Assembly (NCBI RefSeq): GCF_000143415.4
Contig: NW_003314624.1
Coordinates: forward strand, 1-8,676
DNA: 8,676 nucleotides
DNA from: Selaginella moellendorffii
Taxonomy: Eukaryota > Plantae > Lycopodiophyta
Reading direction: 5' to 3'
Made by a program: the position numbers and the translations under genes. This document shows positions 1-7,043 of the stretch, in pieces. Position 1 is the stretch's first letter. Each line of letters begins with the position of its first letter. The notes below the pieces were generated by a model, which worked only from the letters and a program-made list of their open reading frames with translations, ran no database searches and had not been told where the DNA came from.

Positions 1-1161
1 CACGAAAAGCATTGAGTTGAAGGACGGAAGGTCCAGCTGAGGCATCGAATCCAGCACACGCCTCGCCTGCTCCAAATCTCCAGCTTGAGCATATGCAGCG
101 AGCAACGAGCTCCATGAGAGCACATTCACTTGCGGCATTCGATCAAAAGTGGCTTTGGTCTCGGCGACGTGATGCCGGCTGTAGGCGGCGAGCATGGCGT
201 TCCACGCGATTAGATCTCTCTCAGGCAAGCGATCGAAGAGGAGCTTGGCGTCCTCCAAGCGATCGCTCTGAGCATACGCATGCAAGAGTGTAGTCCACGA
301 GACTAGATCTAGTTGCGGCATGGAGTGTAGAATGATCCTAGCTTCGTCAACCCTCTCACACTGTACGTAGGCCATTAGGAGCGCATTCCAAGCAACTAGA
401 TTTGTTTGAGGCATTGTGTCGAACAAGGCTTTAGCGCTTTCCAAATGCCCGTGCTGGGCATAAGCGGCAAGCATTGCAGTGCAGGATATGAGGTCGTGCT
501 CTGGCATTTCTTCGCTAAAGACTGCCCATGCATGCACGAGACCTTTGCTCTCAATAATGGTTCCCAGCATTGTCGTCCATGACACGATGTTCCACATCGG
601 CATTGCCTCAAACAAGTCCTTGGCTCTTACAACATGCCCTTCACGGGCATATGCAGACAAGAGCACGGACCAGGAAACAAGATCCTTTTGTGGGAGCAAG
701 TCGAAAGCCCTCTTTGCTTCGTCTCGAGATCCATTCTGTGTGTAAGCAGCCAAGATTGTGTTCCATGAAACAAGACTATGCTGGGGCATAGAATCAAACA
801 CTTCTTCAGCCTCCACAAGATGGCCTGCTTCGGCAACTGCACGAAGAAGAATGTTCCATGAAACGACGCTGGGCTGTGGCATCGCGCGGAAGAATTCTCG
901 GGCCTGGTCGAGCTGCCGGTTGCTGGTGTAGGCTAAGAGCATCATGTCCCAGGAGAAGGAATCATTTTTTACTTGGTTCTTGTCGAAGATCTGGCGTGCC
1001 AGGGCGGGGCTTCCACACCTGGCGTACATTTCAATCAGCTTGTTTGCGAGGAAGGAGTCGGAGCTTGCGGAGAGAAAGGAATGGGCTGCCAAGTGAATCT
1101 CTTTTGCATCATTGAGCGTTCTGCAAGATTGAATGGCTTCCACAAGCTGCCTCCTCTCCAT
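1..1161 (-). CDS. PLS-class pentatricopeptide repeat (PPR) protein, N-terminal 387 codons; continues beyond the left window edge; probable organellar RNA-editing specificity factor
   Basis: Manual translation of the minus strand from ATG at 1161 is open to position 1: MERRQLVEAIQSCRTLNDAKEIH...DSFLANKLIEMYARCGSPALARQIFD... followed by ten ~31-aa repeats such as LVSWNTILAAYTQNGSRDEAKRAFDLLPQKD and LISCTAMLAAYAQHGHLESAKALFDTMPQTN, matching the S/SS PPR consensus. Missing from the ORF track because there is no stop inside the window. In-frame stops TAA TGA TGA lie directly upstream of the ATG. Confidence 0.95.
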   Translation of the reverse strand, partial: MERRQLVEAIQSCRTLNDAKEIHLAAHSFLSASSDSFLANKLIEMYARCGSPALARQIFDKNQVKNDSFSWDMMLLAYTSNRQLDQAREFFRAMPQPSVVSWNILLRAVAEAGHLVEAEEVFDSMPQHSLVSWNTILAAYTQNGSRDEAKRAFDLLPQKDLVSWSVLLSAYAREGHVVRAKDLFEAMPMWNIVSWTTMLGTIIESKGLVHAWAVFSEEMPEHDLISCTAMLAAYAQHGHLESAKALFDTMPQTNLVAWNALLMAYVQCERVDEARIILHSMPQLDLVSWTTLLHAYAQSDRLEDAKLLFDRLPERDLIAWNAMLAAYSRHHVAETKATFDRMPQVNVLSWSSLLAAYAQAGDLEQARRVLDSMPQLDLPSFNSMLFV

Positions 1162-1215
1162 TCATCATTAAAAATTTCTCTCGAGTTTGAGACGTTGGAG
1201 CAATAAAGTAAATCG

Positions 1216-1229
1216 ACCCTATAGGGTTT
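1216..1229 (-). promoter_or_regulatory. Telo-box (AAACCCTA on minus strand) overlapping a 12-bp palindrome, ~60 nt upstream of the PPR ATG
   Basis: TAGGGTTT at 1222-1229 is the reverse complement of the plant telo-box; ACCCTATAGGGT at 1216-1227 is a perfect palindrome. Function is inferred from position only. Confidence 0.45.
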
Positions 1230-1634
1230 TCCTGTTCAGATTTTCACTTGTAGCATCTCTTCTTATTTGTCTCTCTCCCCGGGACGTGATGGAGAACTTC
1301 CAGAGCTCCAAATGATCTATTGAAGATCATGAAAGCATTAGAGAGCCTTTGAAAGTTCTCCATTGCCTCTTGGGAGGGGAGACATGGACATGGACATGGC
1401 GGGTCTTCTTTGCATGCTTCATGAAATCCTTTCTCTCTCTGTTTGTTCACCCGTGTTCTTGCTCACAATAAATTCGGACAGCCCCTCTAGTTTTCTATCT
1501 GAGAATCAAAGAAAATGCATTCTACTTTTTTTCTTCTTTTAATCTAAAAGGATTCACTTCACAAAATCTTAGTACTTACTTGGAAGAATGAATGAATCAA
1601 AGGCTAAAAACGCTACAGCAACTAAGACCCTGCT

Positions 1635-3547
1635 TCAGTACTTGTGATTGACGAACCGGCACTCCTTCCTGATCTGGCCCTCCGATCCCAGCAGCGGCTT
1701 GATGGCAGCCATCCTCACCATGGACGCTACAAACTCCTGGAAGAACTTTGCCTGGTCGTAGGCAAATGCCGTAACCAGTGCGCTGGTGGGAGCATACGGC
1801 GCAAACAGCACCTGGTCCGACGTAAGAACACCCTTGTGAAGCTCCAGATCGACGAAGAAGTGATTGTCAAACTTGGTGGGAGTGACGATGTCCAGAGGCG
1901 TCGTCTCCTGCGCGTTGCCTTTGGGAGGACAAATGTGCTCGAGGCTGCGGAGGAGCGCCGGGTCGATGCTCGGATCTGGCCGACGAGTTCCCGCAAAGTT
2001 GTAGAGGCGCTGCCGGAAGCTGGCGCAGCGTGACACGCCAATGGTGTGAGAGCCCGTCAGTGCCACCAAGTCCACGATGGACAGGCCCTTCTTGGCAAAT
2101 GCGGCGATGAGCTGCGGAAGCGTCGAGTTGGGAGGCGGGATGTCTCTGTTGGCCAGGCTGCGGCTCGCAGTCAGGCTGTCTCGACGACCAAGATGAACTT
2201 CCCACGACGGGCCTCCAGTCTGATTCATGCCACACAGAAAAGAAGTGAGATCAAAGATTAGTATCGAAGTACGTACCAGGACGACCGAGTCCCGTGCAGC
2301 AATGGCGAGAACGTCGGCACAAGAAACAACACCCTCGCATTCCTTCTCCAGAGCTGCCTTGATCTCGTCAATGACTTCGAAGCCACGAGCCGAGTTCCTG
2401 TTGGGATTGGCGGTCTTTTCTCCTTTGAAAGTATGCGTATCGTCCAGAAGTATGGAAGCATCACATCCCTGCAAGAAATTCACATCTTATTCTCATAAAA
2501 AACAAAGAAAAACAAAGAAAAAAGAATGCAACAACTTACCAGAACGAAACAATCGTGAAACTGAAGCCTGAGAATGTTTGCAGCAGTTCTGGAATCCTTT
2601 TCCACGGCCTGCTGCAAGACTTCCTTCACGATAGACTCGGCAGCGGGGCACTTCTCCTTGTAGAAGCCAGGCCGCAACACAGCAATTCCCATCTCCGCAG
2701 AAGTAGCACCACCGGGAAATGGAAATGGTCGTCCTCCTGGGAATGGAAAACCCCGTCCTGCTGGGAATGGAAAGCCTCCCACGCCAGGCCTCGGTATCAT
2801 GCCACCGGGAAGTAAACCCGGGATGGCTGGAAACTTTGGAACTTGCTCCTTCGGAACTACTGGATACTCCGGAACCTTTGGCACTTCGGGGACCGGCTGC
2901 TTGGGAAGAATCTCGGGAACTACTGGATACTCCGGAACCTTTGGAACTTCGGGGACCGGCTGCTTGGGAGGAATCTCGGGAACTACTGGATATTCCGGAA
3001 CCTTTGGAACTTCCGGGACCGGCTGCTTGGAAGGAATCTCCGGAACTACTGGATACTCCGGAACCTTTGGAACGGGAACTTCTGGAACTTTGGGACCTTC
3101 TGGCACTTTGGGTGGAATTTCTGGAACTGTGGGTATTTCTGGAGGAACCTCCGGTACCTTGGGAATGATTGGAACTGCTGGAACTTTGGGAACCTCCGGA
3201 ACCTTTGGAACTTCTGGAATGACTGGAACCTCTGGAACCTTTGGAACTTCTGGAACGACTGGAACTTCCTTCGGCGGGACCTTTGGAACGATCGGAATCT
3301 CTGGAATCCTTGGAATCTGTGGAATGCTGGGGATCTCCGGGATCTTGGGAATCGGAATGGTGATCTCTGGGATCAAAGGAGGAAACTCCTGCGCACCGCC
3401 AGCTCCCGGAAAGAATCCAGCGCCAAGCTGTGGCGGAATAAATCCTGGGAACCCCGCAAATCCTCCTTGCTCGGCCTCTCCATCCACTGCCCAAGCAAGA
3501 ACAAGGAAAAGAATGTGTAGCGGCACGAGAAGACGATCCATGGCCAT
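1635..3547 (-). CDS. Class III secretory heme peroxidase with long N-terminal proline-rich repeat extension; exons 3547-2540, 2468-2277, 2219-1635; 594 aa
   Basis: Signal peptide MAMDRLLVPLHILFLVLAWAVDG. The spliced catalytic domain has the distal motif RLQFHDCFVLGCDAS (Arg38/Phe41/His42 equivalents of horseradish peroxidase), NRNSARGFEVID, VSCAD, GGPSWEVHLGRRDS, proximal GSHTIG, TPTKFDN, GQIRKECRFVN and all eight conserved Cys. Exon lengths 1008+192+585 = 1785 nt keep frame; the 192-nt exon 2 is the canonical size for this family. Confidence 0.96.
2220..2276 (-). other. Peroxidase intron 2 (57 nt, GT-AG, phase 0)
   Basis: CTG|GTACGT...AATCAG|ACT GGA GGC; removal joins ARDSVVL to TGGPSW at the conserved class III intron 2 position. 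Confidence 0.92.
2469..2539 (-). other. Peroxidase intron 1 (71 nt, GT-AG, phase 0)
   Basis: CTG|GTAAGT...T-rich tract...TTCTTGCAG|GGA TGT GAT; removal joins HDCFVL to GCDAS at the conserved intron 1 position. Confidence 0.95.
2708..2779 (-). repeat. Three 24-bp coding repeats: GGFPFPAG / RGFPFPGG / RPFPFPGG
   Basis: aa 257-280 of peroxidase exon 1, directly upstream of the catalytic domain. Confidence 0.85.
2819..3382 (-). repeat. Coding proline-rich repeat array (PEVPK/PEIPK, largely 3-residue period) including ~3.5 copies of a 63-bp / 21-aa unit VPKVPEYPVVPEIPPKQPVPE
   Basis: aa 56-243 of exon 1; the plus-strand motif GGAACTACTGGATA recurs at 2853, 2916, 2979 and 3042 (63-nt spacing). 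Confidence 0.95.
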
Positions 3548-3583
3548 GCCTGGAGAAGAAATCTCGCAGCAATCCTCTGGCGC

Positions 3584-3590
3584 TTATATA
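3584..3590 (-). promoter_or_regulatory. TATA box of the peroxidase gene
   Basis: CTATATAAG on the minus strand, 36 nt upstream of the ATG at 3547; identical in the duplicate (7883-7889). Confidence 0.7.
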
Positions 3591-3727
3591 GCAGCTCCAT
3601 TCTTCCTGCTTGGATCGTGGCTGACTTCACACTTCACCTAGAAATCTTGACTGGCCACTGGCATGCGAGAAGAAATCGAAGAAGAACAAGAATCCACCGC
3701 GTCGCGCCTTCCCTACTAGCGAACAGC

Positions 3728-3741
3728 TAACCCTAACCTAA
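3728..3741 (+). promoter_or_regulatory. Telo-box-like element TAACCCTAACCTAA upstream of the relic DUF538 start
   Basis: AACCCTA core 13-25 nt upstream of ATG 3754; one mismatch to canonical AAACCCTA; identical at 7967-7980. Confidence 0.4.
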
Positions 3742-4555
3742 TCGCGCCCACAGATGATGTTCGTGCTTTGTATTTTGACAGTGATCAGCTCACAACCTAA
3801 AACTCCAAATTACATCTACGACTTCGAAATATTGCATGCTACACCAGGTAACAAATTGATGGAATCATTCGAGTCTTGCATTTACCAAGTTCCAAGCTTT
3901 CCTGTGAAAAACGAATTCATACACGATAGTGGAAACTGACGAAGAATCCCATTCATAAACATTGTAAATTTGTATGTGATGAAATGCATAGTACTCACTA
4001 GACGTCTGCTGCCATTCACTGGAGAAATCCATAGCGAGCAACCAGATGTAAAAAAGAAAAAACCTAGAGAGTGATACACATACCGTATGGTAACAAGAAG
4101 CGCAGGGGATCGCAGATGGTGCAATCCTCCAGATTAACTACCTTGCTTAAGTCATACCTATATCGTACCATTCCATGTTTAGGAGCTCCTTTAACATGGG
4201 TTCGTGGGCGTGTTTTTATAAAGATTTTGCTTCGGTCTTTGACTGGTCCAACTATAGATTTACACGCCTCTTTGAAAACGAAGTATTTGGATGAAGCACT
4301 GATCTTTCCCCGCCTTGTCACTCTTCCTTTGCCGTGCAAGTTTCAACATGGCAAAAAAAATGAGATTTAACGGGAGGCCTCTAGTTTTGAATACAGAAAA
4401 GGACTGTTGACAGTGTTTTGGAAGTCGTTCCTGTCGCATCCGGGAAATTAAAAGAAGCCGTTCCAATGGTCCTTCCTGGCGGTGGCGACTTGGAAGTCTT
4501 GCCATTACACATATCGGGGCTGCCTGAAGCCATTTATCGATAGTCGAATTGTTTG

Positions 4556-6469
4556 ATGGCTTGGATCGTCGCCCTTCTCGTAGTGGGGATTCTTCACATT
4601 CACTTGGGAGCAGCGGAAGTATCAGTGCAACGGGGTGAACTGGCTGGAGTAAACAGCTCCAGAGCACTTCTAAGCATGAGCGGTGATACGTCTCAGAAAT
4701 CCATCTGGTGGCAGTTCATTCCGCACCTCAAATCGCATCCAGAGGTCTTCTTGAGGTACTTGGTGTCGATTCCCATTCCAGAAGAGGAGCTGGGCAGTGT
4801 AGAACAGGTATGTGACAAGGACTATCTGAAAGAGATCCGTGATAGGGGAGGGCTCTTAGCAACCAGGAATGCATCCATAGCAGAGTATGAGTCCTCCGAG
4901 CACATCAAGGGTCTGGGAACCATGAAGATCACCATGTGGCTGCTGGCATTTGTCTGTCTGCAGGAAAACCAGCAGGCCGCATCTACAGCAGATGCCGCCT
5001 GTGAACCAATTGCACCAGTTGTTCTGCGGGTTACTCCTCAAGATTATGATCAGGAAATCAGAAACTGGACAAGGTACTCACCAACATACTTCAGCTTGTG
5101 GGAGGTAGTCAGTGACAACAGTAATGTCCAACAGGTCACAAACACGGTTCCCTCCAGGATACTGGAGTTTCCAACTGAGTACTATACAAACACACAGTCA
5201 GAGTCAGGGTTTCAAGCTAGAACTCTAGCAAGGGAAAGCTACAAAAACTTACCAAACTGTGGCAACTTAGGATTTGACATCTTTGCTGATCGAGGTGAGG
5301 TTGCGCTGACTGATAAAGGAGCCCGCTTACCATCTCCAAGCGTGAGAAAAGCTCCTGAAGCAGGTGTGTACAACTATGGTGGAGCCGCGAAATGTTATAG
5401 AATGGATGAAGAGTTCAAGAACGCCACAGGCAGTGAGCTTCTCACTGTCCTGGGACCGGCCTTTCTTCCGGGCAAAATTGTTGGAGGCTGCCAAAGCGAG
5501 TCATCCTTTCTGTTTTCCAACCAGTCGGGCTACTACGCTTGCTACAGTGAGGAGCTGAATGCTACTGGAACCACACTCAGCTCGTGGAGATTCCACTGCG
5601 TACACTTCGACTGTGGCGAGAAAGAAGTGAAAGCCAGTCTGGTGCCGTATTTCAAAGCCGTCTATGAAGCTCCCAGGAACGAGACCAATACACTGGTGCC
5701 TTTGCAAAGGCAGAGCTGCTCAGGACTTTCATCTATCTGGGTGCGAACGACGAACAGTCCGTCATCCAACTTTCCTCTCTATGATGCACCAGTATGTGAA
5801 AATAGAAGAGCAGCCAAGCCGGAAATGTGCTTGTGGGGCATAGATCCACCCCAGGATCTGCTGCAAACAAGTTCGGACATAGACATTCTTAGCTCGCTGC
5901 TCTCTCAAGTTAAGGCGTCGTACATTGCTGAGCATCTCTCGCTTTTGAACCTGGAGCAAGGTTCCCCGGCGGAGTTCTGGGTGGTGGCCATAACTCTCCC
6001 CAGTGCTTTCATCGCAGTTGTTGCGGGAGTGGTGCCATTGACAGATGCACAGTTGAAGCTGGTGCGAGGTGTGAGAGTCTCTTCACGCTTGAAAATAGGG
6101 TTTTTGTGCTGCTGCAACCTGGTCCTGGCCATTGTTTCCTACTCCGCTGTTGTGGCTTTGACGCCGACTGAGTTGCAAAGAGAGAAGAGTTTCAGGAGCT
6201 GGGCACTACACGCTGACCAAGTGCAGGTGACAAGCCATGGATTGCGAGTGCTGGTTGTTGCTCAGGGCGAATCGACTTACAAATCAAATAGTCTCCTGCT
6301 CGCATGGGTGTCCACGGCGGTTTTGATGCCAGTGGTCCTTTTGATCACCTTCCTGAGATGCAGGCAGGAGCTTAGAACTCTTCAAAGCCATAGGAGGAGC
6401 AGTTTGGGTGGGATGCAGCTTTCTTCACGAACGCCAAAGAGGTTTCTGAGATCTTATAGTTTAATATGA
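4556..6469 (+). CDS. Uncharacterised membrane glycoprotein, 637 aa: signal peptide, large Cys-rich ectodomain, three C-terminal TM helices, basic tail
   Basis: 1.9-kb non-repetitive open frame; true ATG is 4556 (the track starts at TTG 4553). Signal-like MAWIVALLVVGILHIHLGAA; 12 Cys and 7 N-x-S/T sequons before TM1; hydrophobic stretches at ~5975-6040, 6095-6160 and 6293-6355; basic loop 1 and tail fit the positive-inside rule. No family recognised. Confidence 0.85.
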   Translation: MAWIVALLVVGILHIHLGAAEVSVQRGELAGVNSSRALLSMSGDTSQKSIWWQFIPHLKSHPEVFLRYLVSIPIPEEELGSVEQVCDKDYLKEIRDRGGLLATRNASIAEYESSEHIKGLGTMKITMWLLAFVCLQENQQAASTADAACEPIAPVVLRVTPQDYDQEIRNWTRYSPTYFSLWEVVSDNSNVQQVTNTVPSRILEFPTEYYTNTQSESGFQARTLARESYKNLPNCGNLGFDIFADRGEVALTDKGARLPSPSVRKAPEAGVYNYGGAAKCYRMDEEFKNATGSELLTVLGPAFLPGKIVGGCQSESSFLFSNQSGYYACYSEELNATGTTLSSWRFHCVHFDCGEKEVKASLVPYFKAVYEAPRNETNTLVPLQRQSCSGLSSIWVRTTNSPSSNFPLYDAPVCENRRAAKPEMCLWGIDPPQDLLQTSSDIDILSSLLSQVKASYIAEHLSLLNLEQGSPAEFWVVAITLPSAFIAVVAGVVPLTDAQLKLVRGVRVSSRLKIGFLCCCNLVLAIVSYSAVVALTPTELQREKSFRSWALHADQVQVTSHGLRVLVVAQGESTYKSNSLLLAWVSTAVLMPVVLLITFLRCRQELRTLQSHRRSSLGGMQLSSRTPKRFLRSYSLI

Positions 6470-6837
6470 CCAGTTTTAATCTGGCTAGTTTTAAAAGACA
6501 ACATATTATAAACGTGTAATAAGGGGACCATAGATTTTTTGATTGATGTTAAGTGAGAGGCTGAAAGAATGCACAGATTAACAGCGTGAAATGTGATCTC
6601 TGTTGGATCACTGGTATAACTACCCATTCTCTTGCTGTCAAGGTGCAGGTGCTTTTGGTACATTTCACAACAGGTGATAGTAAAATCTAAATTTTTTATT
6701 ATAATAATTTCAATTATGTTAGGTGAAACTTGCCATGTTATGCAGAAGCAATAGCACAATCTCATGTACAACAAGAACCACTGTCAAAGAGCATTATGCT
6801 ATATCAATTCATCCTTTTGTGGGTGAGGAAAAGTAGA

Positions 6838-6935
6838 TTTAATTTTTTTTATTAGAATATTTGATATTTATTTTTTTATATTAAACTTATATGTTATTTA
6901 CCTTTTTTTGGACTTAAGATCAAGTTTTATATTTG
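6838..6935. other. Very AT-rich low-complexity tract near the right end of the intervening segment
   Basis: Runs such as AATTTTTTTTATTAGAATATTTGATATTTATTTTTTTATATTAAAC contrast with the roughly balanced GC of the coding regions. Confidence 0.5.
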
Positions 6936-7043
6936 GTGCATCATGTTGACTTCCGTTGGGTTGACTTGAGCTCATCGAATGAACTGAACTCAAAAACTAC
7001 CCAGCCTCTTGAAGACACGAGCCAGAGTTCCAGTTCGTCCATA

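Larger units (their letters stand above)
2476..3765 (+). repeat. Direct repeat copy 1 (~1.29 kb): most of peroxidase intron 1, exon 1, promoter and the first 12 nt of a DUF538 CDS
   Basis: Colinear by eye with 7044-8011; similarity starts near TCACATCTT and ends abruptly after ATGATGTTCGTG (3754-3765 = 8000-8011). Left boundary approximate. Confidence 0.9.

Noticed and set aside
93-1206. Short track ORFs of 66-88 aa
   Set aside because: Antisense or off-frame to the PPR coding sequence, which explains the region.
1244-1450. 68-aa minus-strand ORF and (GACATG)x3 at 1381-1398
   Set aside because: GTG start, no recognisable motif, lies in a short intergenic gap; the hexamer repeat is an ordinary microsatellite.
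1635-2483. 282-aa ORF as a stand-alone peroxidase
   Set aside because: It starts inside intron 1, lacks the distal His motif and signal peptide, and reads through intron 2; it is exons 2-3 of the larger gene.
2553-2570. RLQFHD instead of RLHFHD as loss of the catalytic His
   Set aside because: The changed residue is the variable position 40 equivalent; Arg38, Phe41 and distal His42 equivalents are intact.
2853-3074. 63-bp periodic repeat as a CRISPR array
   Set aside because: Whole units are near-identical with no unique spacers, they are in-frame coding, and the context is eukaryotic.
2493-3641. Long overlapping ORFs on both strands over the repeat array (359, 280, 225 and 149 aa; GTSGT, RNLWN and SSRSS repeats)
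   Set aside because: Shadow frames of the 9-nt-period Pro-rich repeat, whose codons give few stops in other frames; only the PEVPK frame has a signal peptide and splices to the peroxidase.
3808-3831. NYIYDFEI in the junction ORF resembling DYIYFEV of DUF538
   Set aside because: Only about 9 identical nucleotides and no flanking similarity; most likely chance.
4556-6469. Assignment to GEX1/KAR5 or HAP2 on topology
   Set aside because: No long coiled coils or recognisable family Cys motifs; topology alone is insufficient.
3766-7043. Intervening segment as a transposon (LTR element, Pack-MULE or Helitron)
   Set aside because: The flanking repeats are host gene sequence rather than LTRs; I saw no terminal inverted repeats, no hairpin-plus-CTRR end and no transposase or reverse transcriptase motifs.
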